Shown: positions 47,431 to 60,741, numbered from the stretch's first letter. The stretch is 64,000 nt of DNA from Macrostomum lignano (GCA_002269645.1 NIVC01000521.1:310001-374000); one strand, 5' to 3'. Notes: generated by a model from the letters alone, not told the origin. Made by a program: numbers and translations.

Positions 47431-48406
47431 TGTTTTTAAAGCAGATCAATCCGATTGAAAACCTATCTATGCTGCCTGAAGTTTTTTATTCTTTGACTTG
47501 AGTTCAAAAAGTTACTCAATTTCAAAAAGCTACTTTTTGTAACAGAACACTGACAATGAAATCTAATCGAGGTTCAGATTTAAAATACTGTCCTGATTAT
47601 CATGATTGATGACATGACACGTATTGGCAATTTGAGTTGTGATACCCGGATACGAGGGCGGGCCACGCGAGCAGTAAAATTGAAGCCCGAACTATTGTTG
47701 AGAGTTTTATTATACATGTAACTCAAAATGCGAATTTATACACATTCTTGTACGAACGATATTACACTTTTATTTACAATAAACTTTACTGTTTTTTATT
47801 TTCTGTTTTTACTATGCATTGTTTCCTGGCTATTCCTTTTTATTTATCTACTTTTGACACATTTAAAGCTTAAAGCAGCGAATATTTATTTTTAAAAAAA
47901 ACCTTTAGCTTCTTTTGAGCACCGTTTTCATTTTTGTTTCGCTCGATGATAAGCTAAAATACTCGCTTATCTTTCGCTAAAAATAAATATTTTAATTTTT
48001 ATACACCTTATACCGCTTAATATCGTTTGTGTTTTTATTAATTTGGGGTTCACTTAAGCAACTCGTAGGCTTTACTGGTTTGGTACTACTTGGTATGACA
48101 TTTTTACCTACTTCTTAATTATGATTTTAATAATTAGGCACGTTATGCACAGATGTTCAAAGTTATTTCTGATACTCTGTTTTGTCAGCTATAAACTGGA
48201 TAGCTGATATTCTATCATTCTCGATTTATAATGTTTCATACTTCACTCTGGCTAATTGATAGTAACAAATTGCCCCAGCTTATACATCGATGAATTTGCC
48301 CCATGTGCTCATGCAGCTCAGACAGGCTCAGGTCTTCTCTCTCCTTTCCTTTCCTTTCTTCTCTCTCTTTCCCTCTTCTCTCCTTCCCTCTCTTCTCTCC
48401 TTCCCT

Positions 48407-48675
48407 AAAGCATCAGACTCACGACTGAAAGGTCTGGGGTTCGATTCTCGACCCACACAGAACAATTTTTGTCCTTGAGCAAGACACTTAACTCTGCATT
48501 GCTTCAGTTCACGTTCAGTTGAAGGGAATATGTGCCAGCATTAGCTATGGTAATTGAGGGTGTGTGTGTGGCGACCCCCAGTCCTTGGATTGAACAGCCG
48601 TAAGCAGCTTTCAGATGCGCTACGCAATAGCTTCGGCTGAGCTGTCGGTTGCACATCTATTGTTATTATTATTAA
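48407..48675 (+). mobile_element. tRNA-derived SINE with CORE-like central domain, 5'-truncated
   Basis: GGGGTTCGATTCTCG B box; GTCCTTGAGCAAGACACTTAACTC (~48471-48494) resembles the CORE-SINE motif; same 3' body as 45098-45193; (TTA)n tail. Confidence 0.75.
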
Positions 48676-48811
48676 CTTCACTTGATTTCGAATCTTGCTT
48701 CCCTTTACCTTCCTCGTCCTCTAGATAATTTATGCTTAGCTTCCATGGGTTTTCGTATAATCTGTACCGCAAAATTTAACTGATTAGCCATGCCATAACA
48801 CTGTTTCCAGA

Positions 48812-49561
48812 GTGATGCTTCAGTGGCTATCCAGCCACCTCAGCGCCGGATCTGCTGCCTCTCCCGCCAGTAGCTCAGGCAGTCACGCCTCAGCCGTTAT
48901 CCTATTCGCCTGCGCTCTGGGCACCCTCATGTACTTACTGTGGGTCTCCAGCCTCGCCTGCCCCGGCTGCGCCTACTTAAAGTTACGTCGGCGTCTCAGA
49001 CTGTGGCTTCTGCTTTTATTCATCTTCGCCTTAATCGTTTCCATCTCCTTGGAACTGGTGAGAGAGTATTATAGACAGCTGGATCTTCTGAGGACCGGCT
49101 GTTCCAGCTGGTCTATAGCCGGTCTCTTGAATAGTTTGGTTAGCTGGCGTTCAGAATCCAGTCAGGTTGATTGCTCAGCGAGCTTGTTGAGTCCACTGTG
49201 GCGGATTTCCCTACTGCGGGTGCTGCTGCTAAGTCTGCAAGATCTGCTAGTGCTGCCTGTTGAGATTGTTTGCAGAGCGGCTGGAAGAGGCCTGACCGCA
49301 TTTATGTCCTCTGTGCCTGTGCTATGGCAGCCGGTTGTACTTGTAGCTCTCGTGCTTCTGTCTGTCTGCTGTCTGCTGTGCCTCTTTGGCTATCACTTTC
49401 GATCTCCGCTGATTCACGTTGGACCGGCAACTCCCACTGCTGCCTCTGCTAGAGCAGTCGACAATGATAGAGGCAGCGACAGTGTCTGCAGTATCTGTGT
49501 CCGTCGGCGAGAACGTCGACGAATGCAGCGCCCTCCGAGAGTGTTGGGTCGGCGAGTTTGA
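48812..49561 (+). CDS. CLCC1: Chloride channel CLIC-like 1 (CLCC1/MCLC family) protein core, ~249 aa
   Basis: Two TMs, then ELVREY..C..W....C..LLSPLWRISLLRVL..LLVLPVEIV..G..F...P.LWQPVVLV.LVLLSVCCLLCLFGYHFRSPLIHV, recalling the CLCC1 TM2-Cys pair-amphipathic-TM3 layout. Recognised from memory, not by search; possible upstream exon (AG 48809-48810). Confidence 0.6.
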   Translation: MMLQWLSSHLSAGSAASPASSSGSHASAVILFACALGTLMYLLWVSSLACPGCAYLKLRRRLRLWLLLLFIFALIVSISLELVREYYRQLDLLRTGCSSWSIAGLLNSLVSWRSESSQVDCSASLLSPLWRISLLRVLLLSLQDLLVLPVEIVCRAAGRGLTAFMSSVPVLWQPVVLVALVLLSVCCLLCLFGYHFRSPLIHVGPATPTAASARAVDNDRGSDSVCSICVRRRERRRMQRPPRVLGRRV

Positions 49562-49991
49562 AGTTTTTGAACTGCTGGGTTTTCGGTAACTTTGCACTTT
49601 GTATTTTTGATACTGAAATCTAACAATTAGGTGTGTTTTGGTTAGAGACAGGGGTGTACTTTAAGGGGAAATCGTCCCAATTAGAATTACTGCCCATTCC
49701 GCCGACTCCCCTGAGCAGGCACACAAGCGCGCGGATACGTAGCTATATTTTTACTGTTCATCCAAGGACTACTAGACTTGATAACGAAGTGTTCCTAGTG
49801 GTCCTTGTGTTTATCTTGTCTAACAAATTATTTCATTTTTAACTTCTTTAAATTTAATAATGCATAATACATATTTGTCTATTATTAATGACGCGTGATG
49901 GCAAATGAATTGGCATATTCCGTGACAATTTATTCAGCGAAATTTTTCACATGATCGCAGCTCAACTCAGCACCATATTATGCACGAGTAG

Positions 49992-50378
49992 CAGCGGTCG
50001 GCGAACTCCGGCCCGCGGAGCCTCTCTATCCGGCCCTCCGGTCCTCTGAAACTTCTGCACAATAGCAATACGGTCTGCTCATGGTTTATGCCTCTTCTCA
50101 GCTCTCTTCTCTCCTCTCATCCATCCCCTTTTCTTTCTTCTCCAGTTCTCTTTTCTCCCGTCTTCTCTCCTCTCCCCTTTCCCCTCTTTTCCTCTCCTCA
50201 TCTTTTCTTCTCCGCTCTCGTCTTTTCTCTTCTTTCATCTCTCATCCCATCTATCCTCAAATCTACTCTCTCGCCTCTCTTCTCATCTCTAATCTAATTT
50301 TTTCTCACCTCTGTCCTCTATTTTCTCTCCTTTCCTCTCTTTTCTGGCCATTTGGGGTTAAAAAGTTTGCGACCCCTG
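49992..50378. mobile_element. hAT (Charlie-like) MITE, second copy with expanded CT tract
   Basis: Ends CAGCGGTCGGCGAAC / GTTTGCGACCCCTG; homologous to 45755-45935; no clean TSD. Confidence 0.65.
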
Positions 50379-51387
50379 TTATATAGCGAAAATAAGCAAG
50401 TGTTGGTTTGTATTTTTGGTTGGTTTGCAATTCTCTTAGACCCATGGATACTACATGAAAACTTGATGGTTCACTCTGAATTGGTGTTGGATCTTTGTTA
50501 ATATTGAAATGGCAATGCTGACAAAAATTTTCTTTAAAAAAGAATAATTAAACATGCTCGTTCAAGCTACTAAATCAAGAGTAGCTTAAATGAGTATTAC
50601 TATCGGAATGTGAGTAAACTAGCTAGGGTTTTGGTATCTTTTAATTAGTAGGAAATTTACTTAGTGCATGTATTTATATCGATAAGCTGCTTTTATTCCC
50701 AATATAAATGAAATTATATTTTTATTATCCAGCTGCTTTGATCTCTATGCTTCTCTTTCAACGTCTTTCAGTCACTAATAGGATATTTTGTTGCTCCTAT
50801 AAATTTTACTAATGAATAATGAGGTGTCGGTAATGCAATAAAAGTTTTCATGCGTTGAGCGCTTTTAATAAGCACAGTAAGTTTTTAGGTTTTCTAATCC
50901 TTCAAGTGCGAGCGAGTACTTATTGAGAGACTGAGTCTCCATGCACCTATGCTGAATTGTGCTTATTATTGATTGACTATAACACGAAATTTAAACTTGA
51001 ACATTTCAATAAACAATAGTCCTCTGAATGTATCAATATAATGCGTTTTACTTGTGATTTTGGCATTGGAAATTTATTTTTTGTAAATATTATACTTATA
51101 TTTACTCGAATATTCCATTTTTTGTATATACATTTTTTATACATGAGCATGTACTTGGTAACTGGCTGGCATGGCCGAACTATAATGTCTAAAGTTCTCA
51201 TCGTTTGCTTGTTGCATAATTAATCGAACAGGAACTTTTCCTGGTGGAAATCGGATATGATCAATAGAATCTCTGACTTTGATTCATTTTGTAATAGTGC
51301 TGTTGCTACTCCATGCACACGTTTGCTCTTAAAACCTTTGCTAGTTAACTAAGTTTGTAGGCATAGGCGGGGGGGGGGCCGGGGGGC

Positions 51388-53111
51388 GAATTCGGTCGAT
51401 ACAATATGCCATGAAAACTACTGATTTCCCATGAATCTTTGACCCAGCAGAAGTCTAAAAAAGCAATCCTAGAAATCCTATCGCATTGTCTGCACAGTGT
51501 ACAGGTATGCAATTAGTACAGTGACTTTAGTTGATATCGGTATAGAATGAAACTAATCCATTCTGCCAGAGCCTCAGAAGTTGGCCTTCATGGCTGAGAA
51601 TGGCCTCAGGCCAATCGCACGGAATCGAACCAACTATACATGCATAAATTTTCGCAAGAGGCAGCTGCTCAGCCTCTCAATTGCACTCTTGGGCTTCATC
51701 AGTTGTTTATTATTAAAGTGCAGCCGAGCTCTGGCAGCCCATCTCAATTCTGTCCAGCTCTCGGCCGCAGCAACTCACTGCATTTCGCCTGCCACCTGCA
51801 GCCAGCAGCAACAGACAGGCTTGAGCCGCACTGAATGGCCTGAGAGCCATCAAATTCTGGGATGCGAGCATGGCCACAATGCCTTATTTATGACAAAAAG
51901 CAGTCTTGAGCTGTAGGGAGCGGGTGGTTAGAGAGGCCAGCTTAACCTCAAGCAGTAATTATCTCTGCTCGCTCGCTATTCTCAGGCCAGCTCACCGCTC
52001 TGCCAGCCTCCCTGCAGTTTGGCAGACTCCGGGGCAGCCAGCAGTGCAGAGCTCGGTCTGTTTTGAGTAGTGAGCTGGATGGAGCTGCATTCTAGCTAGA
52101 CTTGTTTATTATCTCAGGCAGGAGTTGCCGGGGGGTTGGGTGGTTCGAGAGGCCAGTATGGGGTGATTGCGAACTCGAGCAGTTTTCTCTTTGCCGCCTT
52201 TTATCACGCCAGACTGTCGCACTGCGAGTGCTGAGCTGGGTGGGGCCGTTCCAGATGAAGGTTGGAGATTCAATTAGCGATGAGGCTGCCGAGATGAGCA
52301 GCGCAAAGCTGAGCTGTCTGAGGCTGCAGTGGCGGCTGCTCCCGAAAGAGTTGCAGCCCCAGCCTTGCACAATGGAGACTCTGCATTGTGCTTGAGCACC
52401 CTGCCTGCCCCTCACTGCACCTTCGCTTCTGTGCTCAGAGATGACGGGCGGAGGCTGAGCTGCCAGCCAGCTGCACTTTTTTAATAGTTTAGCGCTTTCT
52501 CGAAGCATGAGAAAACAAGCGTTTATTGAGCGGATTCTGCATGATCTGAGCTGGGATCTTATAGAGAGTAGAGAAGCTGAGCTGTCGAGTTGACAAATCT
52601 CAGCAGTGAAATGCTAAAGTGCCGGTCACCAAATGCAAAATGCAACAAAAAAAGCCAGGCAGCCGCAGTGCACAGATAAACCGTGTGAAATCCAAAATCA
52701 GCCTACATGTGAGTCCCACACTGTCCTGGGCAGGCCGAGAGCTGGACAGAATTGAGATGGGCTGCCAGAGCTCGGCTGCACTTTAATAATAAACAACTGA
52801 TGAAGCCCAAGAGTGCAATTGAGAGGCTGAGCAGCTGCCTCTTGCGAAAATTTATGCATGTATAGTTGGTTCGATTCCGTGCGATTGGCCTGAGGCCATT
52901 CTCAGCCATGAAGGCCAACTTCTGAGGCTCTGGCAGAATGGATTAGTTTCATTCTATACCGATATCAACTAAAGTCACTGTACTAATTGCATACCTGTAC
53001 ACTGTGCAGACAATGCGATAGGATTTCTAGGATTGCTTTTTTAGACTTCTGCTGGGTCAAAGATTCATGGGAAATCAGTAGTTTTCATGGCATATTGTAT
53101 CGACCGAATTC
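51388..53111. mobile_element. Foldback element with 379-bp inverted repeats and a 966-bp non-coding spacer
   Basis: 51388-51766 is the reverse complement of 52733-53111 (no mismatch seen in the stretches compared; identical ORF translations on opposite strands); both outer ends are GAATTC. Confidence 0.85.
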
Positions 53112-53560
53112 TCTCTTCAGGGGAGGCGTGCCGGCCGGGGGGGCTTCAGGCACTGCCGCATCTCACGCAGTCATACGCAAGCAGCATGTACATTCTCTGT
53201 GCCTTGGGCATCGGCCTTGAAGTGAATAAATCGCATGGCAAACTCCAGGTGTAGGCCAATATTTTCGCGTACACGAGATTAGCCCAAAAATGAGGAATGA
53301 CACGGGAATAAAAGTTTAAAATAGAAAAATAGCTGTTAACTTCGAAGACGGCCACTCATATTTTCAAATATTGCGGAATATTCGAATAGTTCGGAAAAGG
53401 TCTCTATTGATTCTATTGGTAATAATTTTCGTTTCTAGCGATAAACTAGAATTCAATATTGACAGCCAGCAATGCTCAAAATGTTTCTCTGGATCAAAGC
53501 TCAGCGTATGGTGCTTGAGAAAATGTCGTATTACATAATAAATGGTTTTGTCCGCGTCCA

Positions 53561-56507
53561 TCAACCGCAGTAGGCAGCCATTGCCGCTTCGATCTCGGCC
53601 GGTGACAGGGCCGCAGCGGCTGCGCCGAAGCAGCCGATGACTCCGCCGAAGCCGCCGCCATTAGGCGGCGCAGCGCCAAGCCAGAGACGCGGCCGGTCGG
53701 TTGGCAGCGCGGCGGCCGGACTAGCGGAAGCGACGGTCGCGTCGGCGTCGAAGCCAGCAGTCAGCGGCCTGCCGTCGAGCACAAGCGCGCCAATCGGGCT
53801 GATCACAGCGACGCTATGCCAGGCTCCTGGCAGTATAGCCGAGGTCAGCGCCGTGTAGCTGGCAACGGATTTGAGGTCTCCAAACTTCGGTGCTGCCGAC
53901 GAGCGTTCCGATGCAAGCACCGAGGCCAGGCGGCCGGCCCCGACCGACAGCTGGACGAGTCGACGGCTGCCGGAGTTCCAGAAGGTCATCAGGGGCCGAG
54001 GCAGCGGGCTGGCGGTTTCCGTCAGCTTGAACTTGGCGAAAAAGGTCCAATCTGTGTCTTCCTCGTCCATTAGATCTATAAATGGTTAAGTAAAATGTGG
54101 TACAACTTTTAGCAAACAATTAACTCGTTTTCAGAACTTTAAAAAGCATTGGTATGCCGTTGGACGGGACACATGTTACAAGCCATGTGACCACACAGAA
54201 ATAATGGCGGTGTGAAAGAGTCTCAGGTCGCCAAATCTTACCGCTCATCTCTCCGCCAGTCTCATCCGTTACAACCAGACCGGCGTTTACCAGCTCAGAG
54301 AATCTGGCACCGTCCGATCCCAGCAGTCCGACAGCCGCAGATTTTGGCTCCGGCCGGGCCCGCAGGCGTCGACTATCCAGCAAGCTGTGCGTCCGGCCGC
54401 CCGCCAGGCTGTACACCGCTCGCAGAGCCAATCGGTGCCTCAGTGGCTCGGTCGCCGACAGTCCTCGCAGTTGCTCCAGCAACTTGGTCAAGTTTGCAAG
54501 CAGCGCGGACGTCGTCGAGGCCGATATTGGCAGGCGGTCACAGGCGGCGCGGGCCCGGCGCAGAGCGGCGATCAGAGCCGGCGAGTAGCGGCCCTTCTCC
54601 AGACGGGACACATCGCAAGCTAGTCCGGACAGGTTCGAAGCTACAGAGTTCAACTCCCGAGACAGCGTCCCCTGCGTCGGGGGCTGCCATCGTCGGCAGT
54701 CGCTGCCGGTCACGCCGCCGCCGATGTTGATCCCATTGTCCGGCGGCACCGGCAGGACGGAGCTCTCGGTGATGTTGGTAGCGTTAGCATCGCCAGCGAT
54801 TTCGTCGGGACCGGCGTCTATGCTGAGGCTGCTCAGGCAGATGCTGCAGGGCACGCTCATGTCCGGGTCGTCGATGAGACGCTTCTCAAACAGCGAGCGG
54901 GACTCGCTACCAGGTGGTGATTTGAACTCCACCTGACAAACCAAAGGGAGTGCCGTCAGCTTTATAGTACTTCAGAGGCTATGATAAAGAGCCCAGCTCC
55001 TCCCCCATTAAGTCGTCACCTTCAGCGGGAAGCGATCGAGCGTCGACGGTGCGCCAGTGATTTTAACGGAGCGCCTGTCGGTGTCGCGCAGGTCCATGAC
55101 GCAGGTCAGCTTAGACAGCAGCAGGTGCCGCACCTGGCTTGGAGCAATTGGCAGTCCGTATTTTAGCACGGCTCGTTTGGCTAGCAGTTCCGAGTCCTCC
55201 TTGGTCTTCAGCTGCATCATCATGTAGAAGCCGGTGTCAGTGAAGTGGAACACCTTCTTGCTGGTGTTGAACCCCGTGGCAGACAGAGCTTCGGACTTGA
55301 TTATGCGAGGATCGCCAACCGTTGCCCATAGCAACTGGGGCGCGATATCAGACCTGGGGGAGTATGTATTAGTCTAGAAGTAGAATCCTTGATCTTGTAA
55401 GACTTGAAGGACTATAACAAATTTAAACATAACTGCCGTCAATCATTAAAGATTTTACAATGGAGCCCAGTAAATCGATCCCAGTTAGAGGATTTTTCAA
55501 GAAAGCTTGAGAGGTACAAGCGTACCAGCGTGTTTGCAAATTGTCTATCTAGATATTTCTCTGTCCGTGCATGAAGTCTGGTAGTGCACCCGCTAGGCTT
55601 GAGGTTTGACATCATCGCTATCAAATGAATTGTATGAAAAGACGTTTTGCTTTAATCTTCTATCATCTGTCGCGAGTAATAGCAAAAGCATTGAATCAAG
55701 TAAAAACGAACAACAGGCCAGTGTACTTCGAAAGAAGCAGGATTGGAAAGGGTCAGAGTGTCTTCTCTGCATCTTTCATTCTATCTATTCAACTCAATGG
55801 ATGAGATCGTCTTTCTTTCAGTTCTCACTCTCTTCTGCGTACTGTTGTCAGGCAGCGGCTACGGGTCAGGGGGGCCTCAGTGGCGCGATTTTCTCGTCTC
55901 ATCCAAGGCACACAAGCAGTGGGCTCTTGCCGCAGCACTTCATTGTCAAATTTTTGCAGTTAGCGTATCATTCATATCATATCTACTGATTTTTATAGCT
56001 AAACAAGCGCAGTTATGAGTTGTAGAAAAGGCAGAGTAATTAGAATAGAGCGAAGTCTAGGGGGAGTGCATTGCAGTTGAGACCAGGACCTTAGATTTGC
56101 TCAATGCAATAATTGGCCGTATGAATAAAGTGAGCAATAACTGGCGAGTTTCACATCAAACTCTGAGATTGAGCAAGAGCTCGAGCTCGAGCAACTTCTC
56201 TGATGTTCTTATGAATAAAGAAATTTCTCAAATGTGGAGCATTTGCTCCTCATTCTGAGTAACTGCTTGGCACCTCTTGGCCATAGACGAAGAGAAAGCG
56301 GTCCCCGGCATCTACCATTTACCTGTTAGTAGCCAACAAAGCCTCATTGGTCGTGGCCCTGTAGCCTTTGATAGTGACCTCGCCGTCCTTTGTCCGTTTA
56401 GTCGCTATTAGGTCGGGCAGGCCCAGCTCAAAGTGCACAGCCAGGCTGGCTAGAGGGTCGCTAAGCAGGAGCAGCAGAGGTAAAACAGCTGTGGTTTCAA
56501 TGGCCAT
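53561..56507 (-). CDS. Predicted secreted protein, 574 aa, with C-terminal laminin-G/concanavalin-A-like domain; exons 56507-56323, 55353-55020, 54932-54242, 54075-53561
   Basis: Signal-peptide-like MAIETTAVLPLLLLLSDPLASLA; three GT-AG introns with matching phases (2, 0, 1); summed exon length 1725 = 575 codons; last exon WHSVAV..LVLDG..LWLGAA..GFGGVIGCF..LSPAEI is LamG-like. Confidence 0.75.
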
Positions 56508-59500
56508 TGCACACCTGCCGTTTTCCTCCTGCCTCTGTTGCTGGTCAACATTTTTACTTTATCACTTTTCGCACCGAGTTTCAATGGCGATTTTAACTGT
56601 ACTTGGCATCGTGACTGAGACCGGAAGTTAAAAGTTAGTATAAATGTGCATGAATTGCTAGCCTTAATCAGCTTTCTATCGACAAACAAGCATGCGTCTT
56701 CTATGTGCATATTTACAACTTTACAGTTCTTAGAATTTCATGGAGTTTATCACGTTTTGGCCCTCAACACTTGCGTCACGCGCTTCACTCATTTTAGCTT
56801 CGCTTTCAGGCGCACAATTTTGTCTAGCATTTGGTAAATATCGTTTGACGCAAATGAACAGCGAGGCTTTCAAGTTTTATGCATTGTATCCGAAAAAATA
56901 ACTTGAACGGGTGGCGCCACTTGAGCTGCAGTAGATGACAGTTTTGAGTACTTGATTATTCTTTCGAAAAAACCCGCGCAGCTCAGCAACATTTTCTGTC
57001 CGAGGGCTTAGAAATTCAATGAATAGAGAGACCCTAGATGGAATCTAGGCATTCTTGGCAGAGCTAGTGCGTCTGGTCCAAAAGTGCTGGAAAACAACAA
57101 GCCTTCTTTCCAGTCTCAGTGAGCCTGGTATAATGTTTGTATTGATGCTTCATACTACGGCTTGTATACTGCTAAAACTTTCCGTGGAATTTTCCGTTGT
57201 CAAAGATGGGTGGGTAGCCTCAGCGAGTATAAAGCCATCCACCGAGGCTGGAGAAATTTTTTAGATGGGTTCTTTTGAGACTGAGCAGTAAAAATCCGCA
57301 GAGCGACAAAATAACCGCCTCGCCTAAGCTAGAGCACGTTAAGCTAGAGCTACAGGAATCAATGTAAGTATAGTATATTGCACTTTTTATCAGTTACTTT
57401 TTTTACAATTTAGCATAGCGTACGCTGCAACCTCGAGTATTATTCAATTGCACTACTAATCTTTCACGTACTCAGCCCGAATCTTGCAAATAATTTTGTT
57501 TGCTTGATTTTACGCGTAATTTTATTTTCATGTAGCGAGTGAACTAGTCGTTTTTTATCCAAAATATTTAATCTATTATGTAAGCCTTTTTATCTCATGA
57601 AAGGAAGATTGATGCACTACGAGCTAATAATATAAAATTATTTAGTGTTTTAAACATTTAGAACTAAGCAAACAAATTGATAGGTACAGATGTTGGTGAT
57701 AAGTGAGGTGAGGACAGAGATCTCTGTAACTTTGGTCTGCTGTCTCCGAGCTGTTTCTGTTTTTATGAGCTTAAACTGCGCTTTGCTTCAAATACTTGAT
57801 GCTGAACACATCAGAACGCGTCTAAGAGACTGGTTTCTACTGCTTCGGTCTTCGGCAACTCTTTCTCCAGCAACAGCTTTGAGGCACTGTTTAATGCTAG
57901 TTTGCTTTCAGCAAGCAACATGAAGTGGGAACCCATGATGGCAACGGGTAGCTGGTAGATCAGTAGTTAGTCTTTTGGCTCTCGTCTTTAGTTTGAAATG
58001 TAGCCATTTCCACCATATGCGTTTTAGTACGAAACTCCACCCACGCACTTTTATCTGCTGATTCGCTAAACGCAGGCTTATCGATAGCAGCTTAACATCG
58101 CGCTGTATTATAATGCACGAAAGTACGCAGCAGTCCTTTGGACCCTTGTCCTTTTCCTCTACTACCGACCCGCTAGCAAAGCAACCAGAAATATCGATAG
58201 AAATCAATTGAATCCACAGTCCACACCCGACCGACGAGCAACTACAGGCATTAGCCTCGATCACCAGATGATCCGAAAGTATCGATAAGTATTGCTCTAC
58301 ATCTTATTCTAATTGCTTCGTACTTCGTATTAGAAAGTTTACATCTCTGTGTTTTTCGTAAATACCATCAGTGAATTGAATTGAAATATAACATCCGAAG
58401 ACAGGGTATAACACCGCAGGAAAACACTGAGTCGGACTTCCGCTGATTGCCTCAACTTAGAACATTCGGACGCAGATCCGATAGAGAGCTGAAACACATT
58501 TAAAGTTCTACTTCAATTTTAAATCTCCATTTATGTTCGGCACCCATGGCTGGCTGATCAGTTCTACCTGGAAGTCACTAGCTGGTGGGTGGTGAATGGT
58601 TCTGACTTCTGCTCTTTGTTTTTTATAATGCATAAGAGCCTATGACAGAAATACTTCATACCTATGAAAACTCTTTATAATATTAAAATTAATAAAATAT
58701 AATTTGAAGGATGCAGGATCCTGCGTATCATAGGATCCTAGGAGCTTTAGATAAATACTGAATACACCTTTATTTCCTACTTGCAGCCTACTCGTCAAGA
58801 GACGCGCGCTAGCGAAACCAGCGATTGACCGTCTTTGCAGATTAAAAGTTCATCCTCTAAAAGGTGCCAATCAACTAGTCGACGAAGTCTTGGGTTATAG
58901 CTGTAGCCGCTGTGGGCGGCGCAGCAACAACAATGTAAGTAGTATAGCCATAATATACTATTAGTAATATCTGTCGCAAGTGTTAGAGTAACGACATGTT
59001 AGTAGTGAAAATTTTACAAGTTCGTGCTTTCTATCATATAGCAGAATAATTTAATATGAATAACGAGCGTAGATCGTTAAAAGAAGAAGTATTTTCTAAC
59101 AAGCTAAAGCTCCTATTGTGTCCTCAGCCACTAAGGAGTTTGTCAAATTTTGGTCCGAAAATGGAACAGAAGTATTATAGCGCCAGTCTCGCTGTTGGAT
59201 CCACTATTTGAACGCTTCATCTCACTTCATCAAGTCCTCCTCTTTTCTTAGCCTTAGCTGGAACGTGAATTATTGTTGTGTCTGTTCGACTCTTGTATGG
59301 CGCTCCTTTAGACGTGTACTTCCATTTAGGAAAATGTTAAAGACAGACGATGGTTATCGAAAGGATATGCGTGATAAATATTTGGGAAGTGTGGGGTATT
59401 TTATAAAGGGTATTTTATACGTTATTATACGTTACTACGTTAGTTCGTTTGTTATTTTATCTGCTAATTTGTCATTTACAACAGTAAAAATTTCACATTC

Positions 59501-59533
59501 ATGCCCATCTTCATTTCCAGGGTCAATGTCCGA

Positions 59534-59835
59534 AGGGGAAATACCGGAAGGGAAATACTGGAGGGGAAATGCCGGGGGGAATACCGGATGGGAAATAACG
59601 GAAGGGAAATACCGGAAGGGAAATATCGGAAGGGAAATACTGGAATTGAAATACAGGAGGGGAAATACCGGAAGGGAAATACCGGAAGGGAAATACCGGA
59701 AGGGAAATACCGGAGGGAAATACCGGAGGGGAAATACCGGAAGGGAAATACCGGAAGGGAAATACCGGAAGAGAAATACCGGAAGGGAAATATCGGAGGG
59801 GATATGCCAGAAGGGAAATATCAGAGGGGAAATGT
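59534..59835 (+). repeat. 14-bp minisatellite (GGGAAATACCGGAA)n, ~20 copies
   Basis: Direct reading of the sequence. Confidence 0.93.
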
Positions 59836-60741
59836 CCGTAAGCCGGTTTACAGATAGAGCAGAATAATTAAAGCGTAAACCACAGAAAGGAGGGTCTGAA
59901 TTGCTACTTCTTTTAGAAAAAAATTCATTCTACAAGATTCTTCTTCGCAGTTTATTGTCAATTTGACAAAGTCTCTATTTGGTAAAACGAAATTTCACAA
60001 CGCCGAAAATTCTGCATAATCCTTGTTATAGCTCGCATTAAGTTTTCTACAGTATGAAATTTCGATCTTTTGAAAGCGACCCTTCTATTTTACGGTGAAA
60101 TATTAACATAGAGTTTGCGCTCTAGCACACTAGAGAGTGAGAAGGGGGAGAGAGAAAGAGACAGAAAATTGTGTCTAGTGTCCGTCCCAGTCTTTGCTCG
60201 GTCCAAGTTGCCTCTTCTGCTCTTCCAGTCTTTTGGGACCGCTTTAAGTTTAAAGTTTTCGGGCGCTCGGAGTGCTTGTACCGGTATTTATAGGCAATTT
60301 TTGCAAAAAGAACAGGTTCATTTTTATGGGGCGAAGAAGTCAATTCTTAGGAATTTGAACCCTTTGATAGTTAAATAGATTTTTAATTATGCATGGTAAT
60401 GTAATTCATTTTCTTGCTATAAATAGTAATATGATTCATAGTTTTAATTTTACTTTTTGGGTGTTTGAATTACTCTACTTAGATACTAGTGTTTATGAAT
60501 GGTCAGTACTTCAAATTAAGACCAGTAGCCCAAAAATATATGGTAAAACTGGACCCCCACGGTCTGGACATGCCTCATTGTCTGTCTCACTCAGGAGCCA
60601 CTTCAAAGTGCGAATACTCGTACTCAAACACTCCCAATCGGACTTTGTGTCAAGTTATCATAGGGACCTCGCTTTAGCTTCTGTAGGAGCATTAATGTAC
60701 AACTGATGTCTAAAATGATAATATGTTTTCTGTATTTTAGG

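Noticed and set aside
55743-56018. Hydrophobic 91-aa plus-strand ORF
   Set aside because: Lies antisense within intron 1 of the LamG gene; no recognisable motif or independent support.
59208-59867. 219-aa and 118-aa ORFs
   Set aside because: Mostly translation of the 14-bp minisatellite.
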